Assembly: GCF_030028105.1 (NCBI RefSeq)
Contig: NC_092376.1
Span: forward strand, 179,962,080-180,026,079
Source: Mobula birostris
Lineage: Eukaryota
Reading direction: 5' to 3'
Length of the DNA: 64,000 nucleotides
This document shows, piece by piece, positions 1-13,535 of the stretch. The position numbers and the translations under genes are program-made. The first letter of the stretch is position 1, and each line of letters begins with the position of its first letter. Below the pieces are notes generated by a model, which ran no database searches, was not told where the DNA came from, and worked only from the letters and a program-made list of their open reading frames with translations.

Positions 1-939
1 AAATATCTAGGCAAATGTTGCGAAAACAATAGCATTCGATGTAACATCTTTTACGTTCGATCTTTCTTCCATGCACCATTTCTTCTTTGAGGTGAGCATG
101 ATTAAACGTTGACACCCTTTCTTGAAAAGAAGCAGAAAAATGATCGACAGAAAAATAGTGTTTTTAAAGCTGTTTCTGATCACTATCGGACTGTAGTTTA
201 GTGGACTGGTTACACACAAGCTGGATATTGTATTTCCTGAACTGCAACAGTGATAACATGATAACACCTCAAAATATTGTTTGCAAGATGCATTGGGATG
301 TCCTTATAGGAAGCCTTTTATAAGTTTTATCTGATCTTCGCATTGTCTTCTACGAATTGCAAGACATTATATTCATGCAAGTAACCACGTAAGTACAGAG
401 CGCTTGACTTCAGTATAATTAATTTCTGGTCTAAACACTTTAACAGGTTTCGATGCCATGGTTTAACATTTGAATATCCAGAATTTTCTTACTGTCAAGC
501 CAATAGAAATATGCATATTTGTCTTCGGTGTTTGGAAATGGATCACGAAGACTGTTCTTCTCTTTTGCCTCATAGATAATTGTCCTTGGGACGTAGATGT
601 GAATGCTTTTTTGACCAACCATAGCCGTTGGGATAAAGATGTTCACATTTGAGGGTCGTTGAGTGAGTCCCAGAGTTGTTGACTCTATAATTATGAAGAG
701 GCAACGGTATATTTTCTAGTCAGGGAAATGTGGCATATTTATCCTGGTGCTCTAAGTCTATTGTCTCTTTGTAAGCACGTAATAGGAGTATTGTGCATTC
801 TCCTGAATGGTTGTATATTTCTCTACATGCTACTGTGGACTGGGAGATTGTCTAACAAATATTATGTACTACGAATTAAGTTGGAAGATTTGTCCGGAAT
901 ATTGTTAAGTTTTCGAAATGAGTTATACATCCAGCAACG

Positions 940-1800
940 AAATATTGATCTGGTAATTGCTTTGATTCGTGTGTTTTTAGACGACACGCAGAGTGACGGA
1001 AATTTGGAGATATGGTTGGTGACAAAGTTACAAGATATAGATCACATGGAAAGTTGTAAGAAGAAGTGTAAGATGGAATTTAAACCAGATGTGTATGACG
1101 TTCAAATAAGAGGATCCTTAGTTTAGGATCACTGAAGTTTAGAGGAATTTTGTGGAGGAAGTACCTAACTCCCTGGAACAGGAAACGTGCAAGTGTTACT
1201 AAAGGCATTTACATTGCTTCCATCATTGGTTAGGTGGAATAATGGGGAAAAAGTCAGAAAAAGTGTCGTATGTGTAAAATTTAATATTGGACAAATTTAT
1301 AAAATTATTTTGCGTTCCCTTCGCCGAACTATGAAAGATGTTGACGTTTTGGAAATGGTGCAGCAGACATTTGCCAAAGTTTTGCATAGAATTGCTTAAA
1401 GTAAATGACCTATGAGAGATGCTTGACAAACGTGGATTCCCTTTTCTTGTGTACCAAAGGCTGAGAGACAATTATATAGAAACATATAACATTATGTGTG
1501 AGCTAATTACAATACATTGGCAGAGTGCTGCACATGGTGGAAATATCAAATACTGGAGGCCATTGATTACAGATGCTGGGGACTTGGGAAAAGTTCAAAG
1601 AGTGTTTTCGGGCAAGTTTTGGTCTTTACGCAGAGAATTGCAGATACTTGTAACTAAAAAACGCTGGACTTAAAAGGAATGGATATGATAGCAATGTTTA
1701 ATAGACGACGAGACAGATACTCAAACAGGAATGGAATAAAAGAATACGAAGTGTATGCCCACAATTGCGATTGGTCAGGCATGCTTGCTGCACATTTCTA
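940..1800 (+). mobile_element. Old, degenerate CR1-type LINE 3' fragment
   Basis: Decayed RT C-terminal segments (DDT..G, W.M.FN..C.V, RGDL..TY.I-like) resembling the younger CR1 copies in the window. Confidence 0.55.
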
Positions 1801-1929
1801 TTTTCTTTCCATGTCTGCTGTAAATCTGGAAATATCTCAGAAACATGACCCTTTTCATTTCAAATACTTTATGCAGCGTTTTTTTTAGATTATGGTAAAT
1901 AGTGACACCGATTGCCACAAGGGACTTAT

Positions 1930-2645
1930 CATGTTGTATAATTTACTCGGGATGCTACTAGATCAGCGGAATAACAATGGCGAAAAGCCTACCACAAGTG
2001 CTGAATACAGCCCAGTCCATCACAGGGATAAAAAGCTCCACCGTTTTGAGCATATCTGCAAGGAGAATTGCCCTAAGAAAGCAACACCCATCGTCAAGGA
2101 CACCTACCGTCAAGGCCATTTTCTATTCTTGCCTTCGCCATCGGGAAGGAGGTAGAGAAGCCTTAGGTCTCACATCACCAGGTTGAGGAACAGTTATTGC
2201 CCTTCAAACATCACACTCATAAACCAGCGTCAACGCACTTCACTCACCTCAATTCTAAACTGATTCCACAGATCCACTTTCCTGGACTCTACAACTCATG
2301 TTGTTAATACTATCTATCTATTCATTCATTTATTCATTAATATGTTCATTCATTTACTTACTTAATCATCTATTCATGTGTTTGCTAATTTATCAATCTA
2401 TTTATTTGTTAACCTACTTGTTATTTAATGATTTATTTATTTGTCTGTTTATTAATTTATTACTTGTTATTTTATTTCCGCAGTTTGTCTTGGTTGTTGG
2501 TTGTTGTACATTGGTTTTTTGTCAATTTTTGATTGAATATAGCTTTTCAAAGACTCTATTCTATTTCTTTGTCCTGTTGTTATTGCCTGCATGGAAATTA
2601 ATCCCAGAGTAATATATGACGACACTTACGTATTTTGATAATGAA
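1930..2645 (+). mobile_element. Rex1/Babar-like LINE 3' fragment with TTTA/TTCA-rich tail
   Basis: KDTYRQGHFLFLPSPSGRR*RS..RLRNSY C-terminal motif followed by a low-complexity tract at 2310-2470. Confidence 0.6.
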
Positions 2646-3111
2646 TTTATTTTGAAAGTTCAAACTTGAAATATTATAAATTACAAATAAAAGTTAATTG
2701 ATGAGCTAAAGGGCATAAGCAACTGTAGTTCTACTCACACCAGAAATGAAAATAAAGTACTATGAGAATGATGAGAAACAGATTAATTTATACATAATGC
2801 AGAAAACTTTTTCATTTTGATAAAATAAATTAATATATTATTTTGTTATTGATGCTACTGAAACAACAGTTTTACAGACTATTAATTAATTGATGATTTT
2901 AGTTGAAAAATTGTGATGCAGAGATACATTACTGCATATGATCATGGTTTTCACCACTATTGTTTTGATATCTGACCTTTAAAGTATTCAGTGCCTTTGT
3001 TCCTGAAAATTCGGTTCTAAAGCAACCATTTCACAGAAATCTGAACGATGCAAACTGCTCAAAGGAATTTCAATTGTGCAACAAAAATTAGAAACAAATT
3101 CTGCACTTCTT

Positions 3112-3253
3112 GCTTTAAGAAGTGAGCTGCACTCTCATTGGCCAGATATGAATGCAATGTTGTTCACCAATCAGAGGTTGAGATGTGCCTGGTGATCCGC
3201 ACAGTCCCTTAAATATGCAGCCGCCATCTTCTAAGTTCAGACGCCGTGAAAAC
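3112..3253 (+). promoter_or_regulatory. Conserved promoter module of exon 1
   Basis: GCTTTAAGAA 3112, ATTGG 3137, CCAAT 3167, GTGATCCGCACAG 3192, YY1-like CCGCCATCTT 3221, CAGACGCCGTGAAAAC 3238; module repeated before all six exons. Confidence 0.85.
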
Positions 3254-3434
3254 TGGATAACAGCAGATCGGGAAGGTCTGTGTACGATTTACCTCGAATA
3301 GAAGACTACATGTTAACATTTAAATGAAAATATTACTGCAATTTCGAAGAAGGTATAGATATATTCAGCGTCATATTTGTCCCATCTAAATTAAATCGCC
3401 GTTAAAAGGCATTGTCTCGGATGAAACCATTGGT

Positions 3435-3461
3435 ATGATTTCTCCTGGAAATGAGATATAA
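3435..3461 (+). other. Overlapping uORF MISPGNEI* (counterparts at 13729, 28185, 42391, 50139 and 55706)
   Basis: ATG 16 nt upstream of the main ATG and out of frame, present before all six exons; translation is inferred, not shown. Confidence 0.6.
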
Positions 3462-5913
3462 TATAAACGGGCTGTTGAAATACCAACTGTTTTGCGCTCT
3501 GTTCTGTCGTTGGAATCTAGCTTCTGGGCAGATTCGTTACTCTATTCCCGAGGAATTACAACTGGGTGCCTTTGTTGGAAATATCGCAATTGATTTGGAG
3601 TTAGATTTAAAGCAGCTGTCAGCTCGCAGATTGCGGGTGGCGCCCAGCCCGAGGAAGCAGTATGTTGAGGTAAATTTGGAGAATGGGATTTTATTTGTGA
3701 ATGAAAGAATCGATCGGGAACAACTTTGCGGACCGAGCAATGATTGCATTTTATCCTTGAATGTTGTACTTGAAAATCCACTCGGTCTGTATCAGGTGGA
3801 AGTGGAGATTATCGATGTAAATGACAACGCTCCCAGTTTCCCTGAAAGCCACATGCGCCTGGAAATCTCAGAAATTATGGCACCGGGAGCGCGATTCCCC
3901 CTCGAGGCCGCTCACGATCCTGATAGTGGAACTAACTCCTTACAAACATACCAGCTCCTTCCCAATCGATATTTTATTCTTGATGTACAGGAGCGCAGTG
4001 GGAAAGGGAAGCTACCGGTGTTGATGTTGCAGAGCCCTTTAGACAGAGAAACAGTAACCAGTCTCCAGTTAACGCTTTTAGCCGAAGACGGCGGAGTTCC
4101 GATGAAATCGGGCAAGGCCGAGATAACAATCATAGTGCACGATGCGAATGACAACTCTCCTGTTTTTTCGCGGTCCGTTTATACCGTGAGTCTGTTGGAA
4201 ACGGCTCCATTAGGATCCCTCATCATGACAGTAAACGCCACGGACTTGGATGACGGACCAAATGGAGAGATCACGTATTCCATCAGCAGCCACAGTTCTA
4301 AAAATATTCCCGAAGTATTTAGTGTCGATTCAAAAACCGGAGAAATCAGATTGAAAGGACACTTGGACTATGAACAAAATAATTTTTTTGAGATTAATAT
4401 ACAAGCAGTCGATAATGGCCCTTACGCGATACCGCAGCACTGTGATGTGCTGGTGAATGTTGTCGATGTGAATGACAATGCTCCTGACATGAAGTTAACG
4501 TCTACGTTAAGTGCAGTGCCAGAGGATACCTCAGTTGGGACAATAGTGGCACTACTCAGCGTAGATGACAAAGATTCTGGACAAAATGGGCGAGTGCAAT
4601 GCAAAATATCAAGCCAACTGCCGTTTAAAATCGAATCGTCTGTAGAAAACTTTTATAGACTGCTTATACGGCAATCGCTGGATCGTGAAACTGCTTCCAG
4701 GTATGACATTACCATAACATGTACGGATGCAGGGTATCCTAATCTAACGTCCACAGAAACGATTCGAGTAGATGTTACAGATGTTAATGACAACGCTCCG
4801 AGGTTTCTACAAGCAGTACACACTGCGCATGTCATGGAGAACAACGTTATTGGGGCTTCTATATATTCGTTAACTGCTTTTGACTCCGACATAGGACAGA
4901 ACGCCCGTCTGAACTTTTCCATCCTGCCATCTCAGGTTCAGAATTTCGCTATTGACTCTTATATCTACATCAACTCACAAAGTGGTGTCATATATGCTCA
5001 GAAATCTTTTGACTACGAGAAATTAAAAAAATTCAAAATTTACGTTCAGGTGCGGGATTCTGGAACCCCACCCCTCTGCAGCAACTCCTCTGTAGATGTT
5101 GTTGTCCTTGATCAGAACGACAACGCTCCAGTCATTGTGTATCCTTTGCCCCAATATGGGTCAACAGTAATGGAGACGATATCCAGGTTTGCTGAACCTG
5201 GACACCTCGTTGTCCAGGTATCTGCTACTGACGCCGATGCCGGTCAGAATGCTCTTCTAGTTTATCAGATTGCCCAAGCCACTCATCGCAATCTGTTCAC
5301 AATTTCAGCGGATACAGGGGAAATTTGGACTATCCGCGGTATTGAGAACAAGGATGCCTCCAAACAAAGGCTGATGATTGTCGTGAAAGATAATGGAACG
5401 CCTTCGCTCTCTGCAACTGTAACCATATTATTATCTGTGAAAGGGGGCCAAACGATGTCCAGTGCCACCAGTTTATCTAAAAAGGACGATTTTGCGCCCG
5501 ATTTGAACTTCTCCTTGGTCATCGCCTTAGGAACAACTTCTCTGATTTTCCTAATTATTTTGGTTATCCTAGCGTTTAAGGTTCATAAAACAAGAAACGG
5601 TGGTGGATGTCGATACAGTTCTCTGACTACCTGTTGCTGTTTGGGATCAAGGAATTCTGTGAATGGAATTCAAAAGGCCAGTAGGAGCCTTCAGATACCA
5701 CCGAACTACGTTGAGGTATTCGGAGGTGATCCACTTTCCCAGAGTTTCCGTTACAAGTCGTGTTCAACGTTGCAGTCTGTGAAGAGAGACCTCGCGATCC
5801 CGCAAACTTGCGGGTTGTCTACAGATATGCATTACAACCAGCTGAAGTTTGTTGCGAAAGAGAATGCAGGAATGATAAAGCCAGAGGAGAGCAATTGCAA
5901 TGTAAGCACTGAG
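3451..5913 (+). CDS. Clustered protocadherin variable exon 1 (821 codons to the donor; the ORF reads on to a stop at 5928)
   Basis: Signal peptide then GQIRYSIPEE; six EC repeats with LDRE/LDYE and DxNDNxP motifs; EC1 Cys-X5-Cys (CGPSNDC); TM LVIALGTTSLIFLIILVILAF; cytoplasmic IPPNYVEVFGGDPLSQ; phase-0 donor GAG|GTGAGG at 5913/5914. Confidence 0.96.
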
Positions 5914-6384
5914 GTGAGGAGCTGCTGAAGAGAATCGAAATTGTTCACTATTTAATTTGATTATCATGCAAATATTTGGGTCATTGTGATCACTGTACTA
6001 TGATGAAATTAATGTTACGCTCACAATCTCAGTGTGGACGCAGTGATCGAATAATATTTCTAATTGCTTAATGGGTTTATGTTACAAAGTGTTTAGTTTT
6101 TTTCGCAATTGCATGTAACTCCAAGACATTGTTTCACTTGTTTGATCTCTCTGTGAGAGGCTGTGTGGGGGCAGGTTCTAGGCCGTTTAGAATTTATTGT
6201 GATAACAAATTGCGTTAAAATTAACTTGTAGCAAATTACTGAATAAGTATGTTCCAGGCACTATGAACACTGCCTTTGAAGAAAAAAAATGTTTTGGCTG
6301 CTTAAACCCCTTGGTTAGGTATGAGCAAAATGGTTTTGGTGCCGCTTTTCGGTCACACGAGATTTATTCACTCTCTTTGTATTC

Positions 6385-6590
6385 GGAAATCAAAGATACC
6401 TGAAATAAAGCGAGGAAGTAGGAAAATTCTCAGCAACCTCCACGTTGGGAGAAATTAGAGCTAACGTTCTAGACCGGTAAAGAAGTCGATGAAAAATGCT
6501 CATACTGAAACGTTAACACATTTCTCCACCCGCCGTAAGAAGTTTTGAACGACTCCTGTGCTCAGTATGATTGCATTTAAACAATCATTC
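6385..6590. mobile_element. Ancient palindromic Penelope-derived element with a degenerate hammerhead motif
   Basis: Inverted arms GGAGAAAT..TAACGTT (6448-6468) and AACGTTAAC..ATTTCTCC (to 6527); CGATGA...GAAACGTT; related copies at 45295-45475 and 53040-53225. Confidence 0.45.
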
Positions 6591-6789
6591 GAGTTGTGGA
6601 ATTGGGCAGAACAACTGGAATTAGGGAAAAGTGTTTCGAATCCAGATGCTGTAGTTTGATTGGCTAATGACCAGTCGCAGGGTATTTCACCGAATAAGAC
6701 CGTGGTCGTATTTTTATCTACATTTGATATTGAGAATACATTAATGAGGCGGAGCAACGGCAATTTGAATTTACTCAAGGCGATGCGTA

Positions 6790-7380
6790 TTCAGTCGACC
6801 AGTAAAGGCAGGGACGACAAAATAAATGGTAATACCATACAGAATATAGTGAAAGATGGTGACCTTAGCAAACAAGTCGAGTGACATTCAAGGTGGCAGC
6901 ACAAATTTCAACATAAAGCTGCCTGAGGCAGAGAGTTTCAGTCCTAACAAGTAACTGAAGACCCTGGGCATATTTTCATAGGAATTGAGCAGGCTGGACG
7001 AGGCTGGGGGCTTCTTTGAGATTTATGCAAATAAGTGGAAGGCGAACTGGGTAGGTAGTAAGAACATTTTCCCCATAACAGAACTGCCAAAGATATTGGT
7101 TTACGGAAATGTCAAAGAAGTTGAGCCAGAATGTAAAGAAGACCTTTTTTTTTGCACTCAAAGGATGTTAGGAATTTGAAATGCATTGCTTGGGTGGGTG
7201 GTGGAAATAGGTACGTGGCAACAATTAACCAATATCTCTGTGAGCACTTGAATGACACAAACCACGGAAAACCGCAGAGCCAGTCGTGGTAAATATAATT
7301 AATGTAATTATTAATTTGCTCATAGATATGATATGAATCCGATGGGCGAAATAGTCTGTTTCAATGCCATGACTAACATG
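6790..7380 (+). mobile_element. Ancient CR1 3' fragment, paralogous to 20620-21340
   Basis: Decayed CR1 3' motifs (FFTQR..WN.L); colinear with 20648-21350. Confidence 0.55.
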
Positions 7381-7676
7381 ACCATCTTCTTGAATAATCA
7401 CGGTCAATGTGGTGTCAAACCGCTCGTGCGCATTTTCTGGAGTCTTCTTGTGATTATAATGACACTTGTTAAACTTAAGCCCATCGCCCCTACTGGGACA
7501 TAGCCAACCGAAAGCAACTCGCCGGATTCCTCTATCCTGGCCCAGTCTTTGCCCAGATATAGCCCATTTAGACGAAGGTTCTAACTCTCTTCCGAAGAGA
7601 AGTTTTTGGAGTTTCTGTCGCCGTTTCTGTAGCTCTGGGTTTTTAAACAAATGGGTTTCTCGTGCCATGAACAAAA

Positions 7677-7812
7677 GGTCATGACGAAAGGTCTCGGCCC
7701 GAACCGTCGACTGTACCTCTTCTTATAGATGCTGCCTGGCCTGCTGCGTTCACCAGCAATTTTTATGTGTGTTGCTTGAAATTCCAGCAGCTGCAGATTT
7801 CCTCGTGTTTGC
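7677..7812 (+). mobile_element. Solo Penelope pseudo-LTR fragment with a mutated hammerhead
   Basis: Matches 12307-12392 and the reverse complement of 10863-10998. Confidence 0.75.
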
Positions 7813-8089
7813 GTTTTATTGTACTGAGATGTTGACATAATGTCAGAAACCGGTTGTTGAAAGAAGTCTTTGATATGCTTTGGTATTACACTTGTGTTGA
7901 TCTACCTGGGTTACATGCGCAATTATTTAGAAGATTCTCTTGAAGCATCTGGGATAAATTTCTACAATGCGCTCTTTGGAGACAGGAATGAATATTTTAG
8001 ATTTCAGATTAAATTAAAAAGTGAACCAAGAAGCTTCATCTCGGTAGTGTAATCAGTTTTGTATGTTTTGTTGTTACCATAAGATGATA

Positions 8090-9985
8090 AGACCATAAGA
8101 TATAGGAGCAGAATTAGGCCATTTCATCATGGCTGATCCAATGTTGCTCTCAGCCCTAATCTCCTGCCTTCTCCCTATGTCCCTTCATGCCCTAATCAAT
8201 CATGAGTCTCTCAATCTCTGCATTAAATATGCATAGAGACTTGGTCTCCACAGAGGAGTATGGCAAAGAATTCCACAGATTCATCACTCTCTGGGTAAAG
8301 AAATTCCTCCTCATTTCCCTTCTAAAGGAGACCCTTCTATTCTGAGCCTGTGTCCTCTGGTCTTAGACTCTCCCACCATAGGACACATCCTCTCCAGGTC
8401 CACTCTATCAAGGACTTTCACCATTCGGTTGGTTACAATAAGGTCACTCCTCATTCTGCTGAACTGCAGTGAATACAGCCCCAGAGCCATCAAATGCTCT
8501 TCATATGACAAGCCATTCAATCCTGGAATCAATTTTGTGAACCTCCTTTGAAACCTCTTCAGTTTCAGCACGTCCTTTCTAAGATAAGGGGCACAAACCT
8601 GCTCAAAATACTCCAAGTGAGGCCTCACCAGTGCGTTATAATGTTTCAACATTACATGCTGTTTTTTTTTTCTCTTAGACCTGTAGAAATGAATGCGAAA
8701 ATTGCTTTGGCCATCCACACCACAGACTCAACCTGCAAATTAACCTTCAGGGAATCCTGCACAATTGAATTGAATTGACTTTATTTCTTACATTTTTCAC
8801 ATACATGAGGAGTAAAAATCTTTACGTTACGTCTCCAACTAAATGTGCAATCATAGTAATTTATAATAATTTATAATAAACAGAACAGTCAATGTAATAT
8901 AGAGTACACTCAAATCAGCGTGAGTTCATCAGTATGATGGCTTGGTGGAAGAAGCTGTCCTGGAGCTTGTTGGTCATTGTCTTGACAGGGACTCCAAAGT
9001 CCCTTTGCGTCTCAACTCTTTGCATTTTCTCTCCATTTAGAAAATAGTCAACACTTTCATTTCATTTCAAGTGTGTGTATGACCACACACTTCCCATCAC
9101 TGTATTCCATCTGCCTTTCTTTGCCCATACTCCTAATCTGTCTGTCCTTCTGTAGCATCTCTAGTTCCCCCAAACTACCTGTCACTTCAACTGCCGTCAT
9201 GTCATCTGCAAACTTGGCAAGAGGGCCATCAACTACATCATCCAAATCATTGACATGTAACATAAAAAGAATCTGTCCCAACACAGATCCTCATGGAACA
9301 CCAGTAGTCACCGGCAGCGAGTCAGAAACGGCTCCTTTTATTCCCACTCTTTGCCTGTCAAATAGCCACTGGTTTATCCATGCTAGAATTGTTCCTGTAA
9401 GTCCATTGGCTCGTAGCTTGTTAAGAAGTCTCATATGTGGCACCTTGTCAAAGGCCTTCTGAAAATCGCAGTACACAACAAGAACCGATTCTCCTTTGTC
9501 TATCTTGCTCGTTGTTTCTTGAAAGTATTCGAACAGATTTCTCGGGTAATACTTCCCCGTGAGGAAACCATGCTAACTATGGCTTATTTAATCATGTGTC
9601 TGACCAAACTTTTGGTATCCTCTTTAATATTATTGGCTAGTTTAATTTTGCATTCCATCTTTACATTCTTGATGACTATTTAGTTGCCTTCTGCTGTTCT
9701 TTTTTAAATCTTGCCAACCCTCTAACGTCCCACAAATCTTTGCTCTATTATATGCCCTCTCTTTGGCTTTTATGTTGGCTTTGACTTCTCTTATTAGCCA
9801 TGGTTTTGTAATATTTCCTTTAGAATACTCTTCCTCTGTGGGATGTATATATCACGTGCCTTCGGATTTGCTTCCAGAAATTCCACTTATTGCTGCTCTG
9901 TCGTCATCCCCGCCAGTGTTCTTTTCCAATTAATTCTGGCCAACGCCTTTCTCATGCCTCTGTATTTCCCTTTACCCCAATGTAA
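8090..9985 (-). mobile_element. CR1 LINE ORF2 3' portion, frameshifted and interrupted at ~8763-8977 by another LINE 3' end
   Basis: Minus-strand [35 protein letters not shown]; tail-like ACCATAAGA repeats near 8090. Confidence 0.9.
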
Positions 9986-10960
9986 TTAACATTCAGTCAT
10001 AATACGGACCAGTGTTCTACATGTGGTAAAAGGTTATGGGAAATCAGCACGTGTGGCTGCCACTTCTATTTGGCTTCAATGCTATTTCCGTGTTGTTAAT
10101 ATAAATCAAGGCATCTTTCGATTTAGTTCAATGTCGAATAGATTTGGACCGAAGATGTTTGCTAATTCCCCTTTTTAGTCATTAAAAAGAAATTTATCAA
10201 TTTTAAACCTTCTAGATTTCAAAGAGAGCCGACGGCTATATAAAAAGTAAATTGGAAAATATCACAAATGTCAAAGCTTAACTGGACATCAAAACTTTCA
10301 GGGCCTTTCAAAAGCAGTGGCATCCGAATTACTGAAGGTAACCAAAATGGTTGCTTTTGGTATCTAGATTTCAATAGACGAGCACTGAGATCATGAATAA
10401 CATGATCATGTAGAACCATTCAACAGCAAATTTCGGCTGGTTTTCTTTTATTTCACAACTTCACTTACCACACTCACCACAATTTTTTTGCTACAAACCA
10501 ATTAGTATGGTCCTCTTTTTCCAAAATAGACTACCCAGAACTCACTAGGAGATGAAATTAAAACAAGCACCCCTAAATACCTCCCTCAGTTTTATGCATG
10601 AAGATAACCACCAAAGGTTACTTATTAATTCAGGTGGAATTTGACTCTTGCCTATGTCCTCTGAGTTACACCAAATTCACCAGAAAATTCCCTGCAAAAC
10701 ATAAATAAATATTAACCAGTGACAGAAACGACTGCATGGTGGGTATCAGTTTACGCAAAGCAGATATGACGCAGCCATTTGAAATGTAACCAACGAAAAT
10801 CACTTCATCCGTTCATATGAGGATAATTCTGGTACTAAATAGCCATGCCTTTGACCTTTGGGAAACCAACAGGAATTCTGCAGGTGATGGAGATTCAAGC
10901 AACACACATCAAAGCTGCTGGTGAACGCAGCAGGCCAGGCAGCATCTCTAGGAAGAGGTG

Positions 10961-10998
10961 CAGTCGGCGTTTCAGGCCGAGACCCTTCGTCAGGACTA
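10961..10998 (-). ncRNA. Minimal type I hammerhead ribozyme motif (cleavage triplet mutated to GCC)
   Basis: Minus strand reads UAGUC-CUGACGA-AGGGUCUCGGCCU-GAAAC-GCC-GACUG. Confidence 0.7.
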
Positions 10999-12306
10999 AC
11001 TGAAGGAAGAGTGAGTAAGAGATTTGAGAGGGGGAGGGGAAGATCCAAAGTGATAGGAGAAGACAGGAGGGGGAGGGATGGAGCCAAGAGCTGGACAGGT
11101 GATTGGCATGTCTACTATAAGCCTACTGACTCTCACAGTTATCTGGACTATTCCTCTTCTCACCCTGTCTCTTGCAAAAATGCAATCCACTTCTCGCAAT
11201 TCCTCCGTCTCCGCCGCACCTGCTCTCAGGATAAGGCTTTTCATTCCAGGACGAGGCAGATGTCTTCCTTTTTTAAAGAAAGGGGCCTCCCTTCCTCCAC
11301 CATCAACTCTGCTCTCAAACGCATCTCCCCCATTTCACGCACATCTGCTCTCACTCCATCCTCCCGCCACCCCACTAGGAATAGGGTTCCCCTGGTCCTT
11401 ACCTACCACTCCACCAGCCTCGGGTCCGACATATTATTCTCCGTAACTTCTGCAACCTCTAACGGGATCCGACCACTAAGCACATCTTTCCCTCCCCCCC
11501 CCCCCCCCCCGCTTTCCGCAGGGATCGCTCCCTACGCGACTCCCTTGTCCATTCGTCGTCCCCCACCCCCATCCCTCCCCACTGATCTCCCTCCTGGCAC
11601 TTATCCTTGTAAGCGGAACAAGTGCTACACATGCCCTTACACTTCCTCCCTTACCACCATTCAGAGCCCCAGACAGTCCTTCCAGGTGAGGCGACACTTC
11701 ACCTGTGAGTCGGCTGGGGTGATATACTGCGTCCGGTGTTCTCCATGTGGCCTTCTATATATTGGCGAGACCCGAAGCAGACTGGGAGACCGCTTTGCTG
11801 AACACCTACGCTGTGTCCGCCAGAGAAAGCAAGATCTCCCAGTGGCCGCACATTTTGATTCCACATCCCATTCCCATGCTGACATGTCTATCCACGGCCT
11901 CCTCTACTGTAAAGATGAAGCCACACACAGGTTGGAGGAGCAACACCTTTTATTCCGTCTGGGTAGCCTCCAACCTGACGGTATGAACATTCACTTCTCT
12001 AACTTCCGCTAATGCCCCACCTCCCCCTCGTACCTCATCTGTTATTTATTTTTATACACACATTCTTTCTCTCGCTCTCTTTTTTCTCCCTCTGTCCCTC
12101 TGACTATACCCCTTGCCCATCCTCTGGGTTTCCCCCGTCCCTTGTCTTTCTCCCTGGGCCTCCTGTCCCATGATCCCCTCATATCCCCTTTGCCAATCAC
12201 CTGTCCAGCTCTTGGCTCCATCCCTCCCCCTCCTGTCTTCTCCTCTCATTTTGGATCTCCCCCTCCCACTCCCACTTTCAAATCTCTTACTATCTCTTCT
12301 TTCAGT

Positions 12307-12344
12307 TAGTACTGACGAAGTGTCTCGGCCTGAAAGGTCGACTG
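12307..12344 (+). ncRNA. Minimal type I hammerhead ribozyme motif in the Penelope pseudo-LTR
   Basis: UAGUA-CUGACGA-AGUGUCUCGGCCU-GAAAG-GUC-GACUG; core boxes intact, stems imperfect. Confidence 0.7.
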
Positions 12345-13391
12345 TACCTCTTCCTAGAGATGCTGCATTCACCAGCAACTTTGATGTGTGTTACCTCTGG
12401 GCAACTGTCAGTTTGCCATATGAATTGACTGTAGAATTAAGCTATGAATGAATCTTGACCAATGACACAAACGAATGTACGATGGGTATGAATTTACAGA
12501 AATAAGAGAGGACACAGTCTTTCGGAATGATGGCATCGATTGATAGGTGTTACATAAGTAAATAGAAGTGGTTTCACTAAATATGTAAACTTTGTCATGA
12601 ACAGAGGATTTCAGTTTACAACACACAGAGTAAACAGAAATCACCTGGTCGTAATGAAGTTCAAGGTAGTAATGAACCTGCAAATTGAGTTCATGAAGGT
12701 ACTTGTTTCCAAGTTATAAAAGAAAACAGTGATATACTAGCAATCAATGCAATTTATTCGACTTCCAAACGTTTTTGCACTTTTGTTCTCTATCGGATCC
12801 AGGGTAGCAATTATTTCACCTCTACACTTGTGTACAGGAAGTGGCACCAGAAATTTTGAACTTGAGCACTCATAAACCTAAGGGTTTCAACAAGCTTTTC
12901 TTAAGTGTTACGGTTGTCTCTCGCTCAACGTCACGAATTTGTTCTAGTATTTTCTGTCTTACATATTTCCAGCACATAATATTTCCCAATTAGAGTCTGA
13001 TTATTTGGGTAAATTACCGAAATATCTCTGTTTGAAAGCTAGAATGGCTTCATAAAACCTCGTGATGATTTCCTCTTGAATGCACAGAAATAATTTTGAT
13101 TTCTAGACCCACAATCAGCAGCTAATAATAGTGGGAAATTCAAGAATGAATGATATATAAGTATTATAAATAAAATGGAATCATTCAGCTCAACAATGTT
13201 TCTTATATTACCTTTCCTCTGATGAACAAGTTACTTATACTTCCCCTTTAATACATTAATCTGAACATAGATACTGATAACTCGGATCAGTAGAACTGTA
13301 AAAAGAACAGAAAATAGATATCCACAGGCTAAAATAAAATATAACTGTGCAACAATAAATATCATATTCTCCGCACCTTCTAGTCTTGCTA

Positions 13392-13535
13392 GCTTTAAGA
13401 AACGACCAGATTCCTGATTGGTTCGAATATCAATCAGGTTCTCCACCAATCGTGAGCTGAGATGTGATTAGTGATCCGGACAGCCCTCCTTACGACACAG
13501 CAACCATTGCGTCAGATCAGACACAATGAAGACAG
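13392..13535 (+). promoter_or_regulatory. Conserved promoter module of exon 2
   Basis: GCTTTAAGAA 13392, ATTGG 13417, CCAAT 13446, GTGATCCGGACAGCCC 13471. Confidence 0.85.

Larger units (their letters stand above)
10863..12392 (+). mobile_element. Penelope-like retroelement, 5'-truncated, with inverted pseudo-LTR
   Basis: RT C-terminus YYKPTDSHSYLDYSSSHP..SQFLRLRR and GIY-YIG endonuclease GVIYCVRC..LYIGETR..RFAEH at 11108-12012; 10900-11108 is the reverse complement of 12191-12392. Confidence 0.92.

Noticed and set aside
2298-2612. Hydrophobic 104-aa ORF
   Set aside because: Translation of a TTTA/TTCA low-complexity LINE tail
10921-12012. 363-aa ORF as a host gene
   Set aside because: Chance fusion of the inverted pseudo-LTR with Penelope RT/GIY-YIG sequence; the middle part appears out of frame
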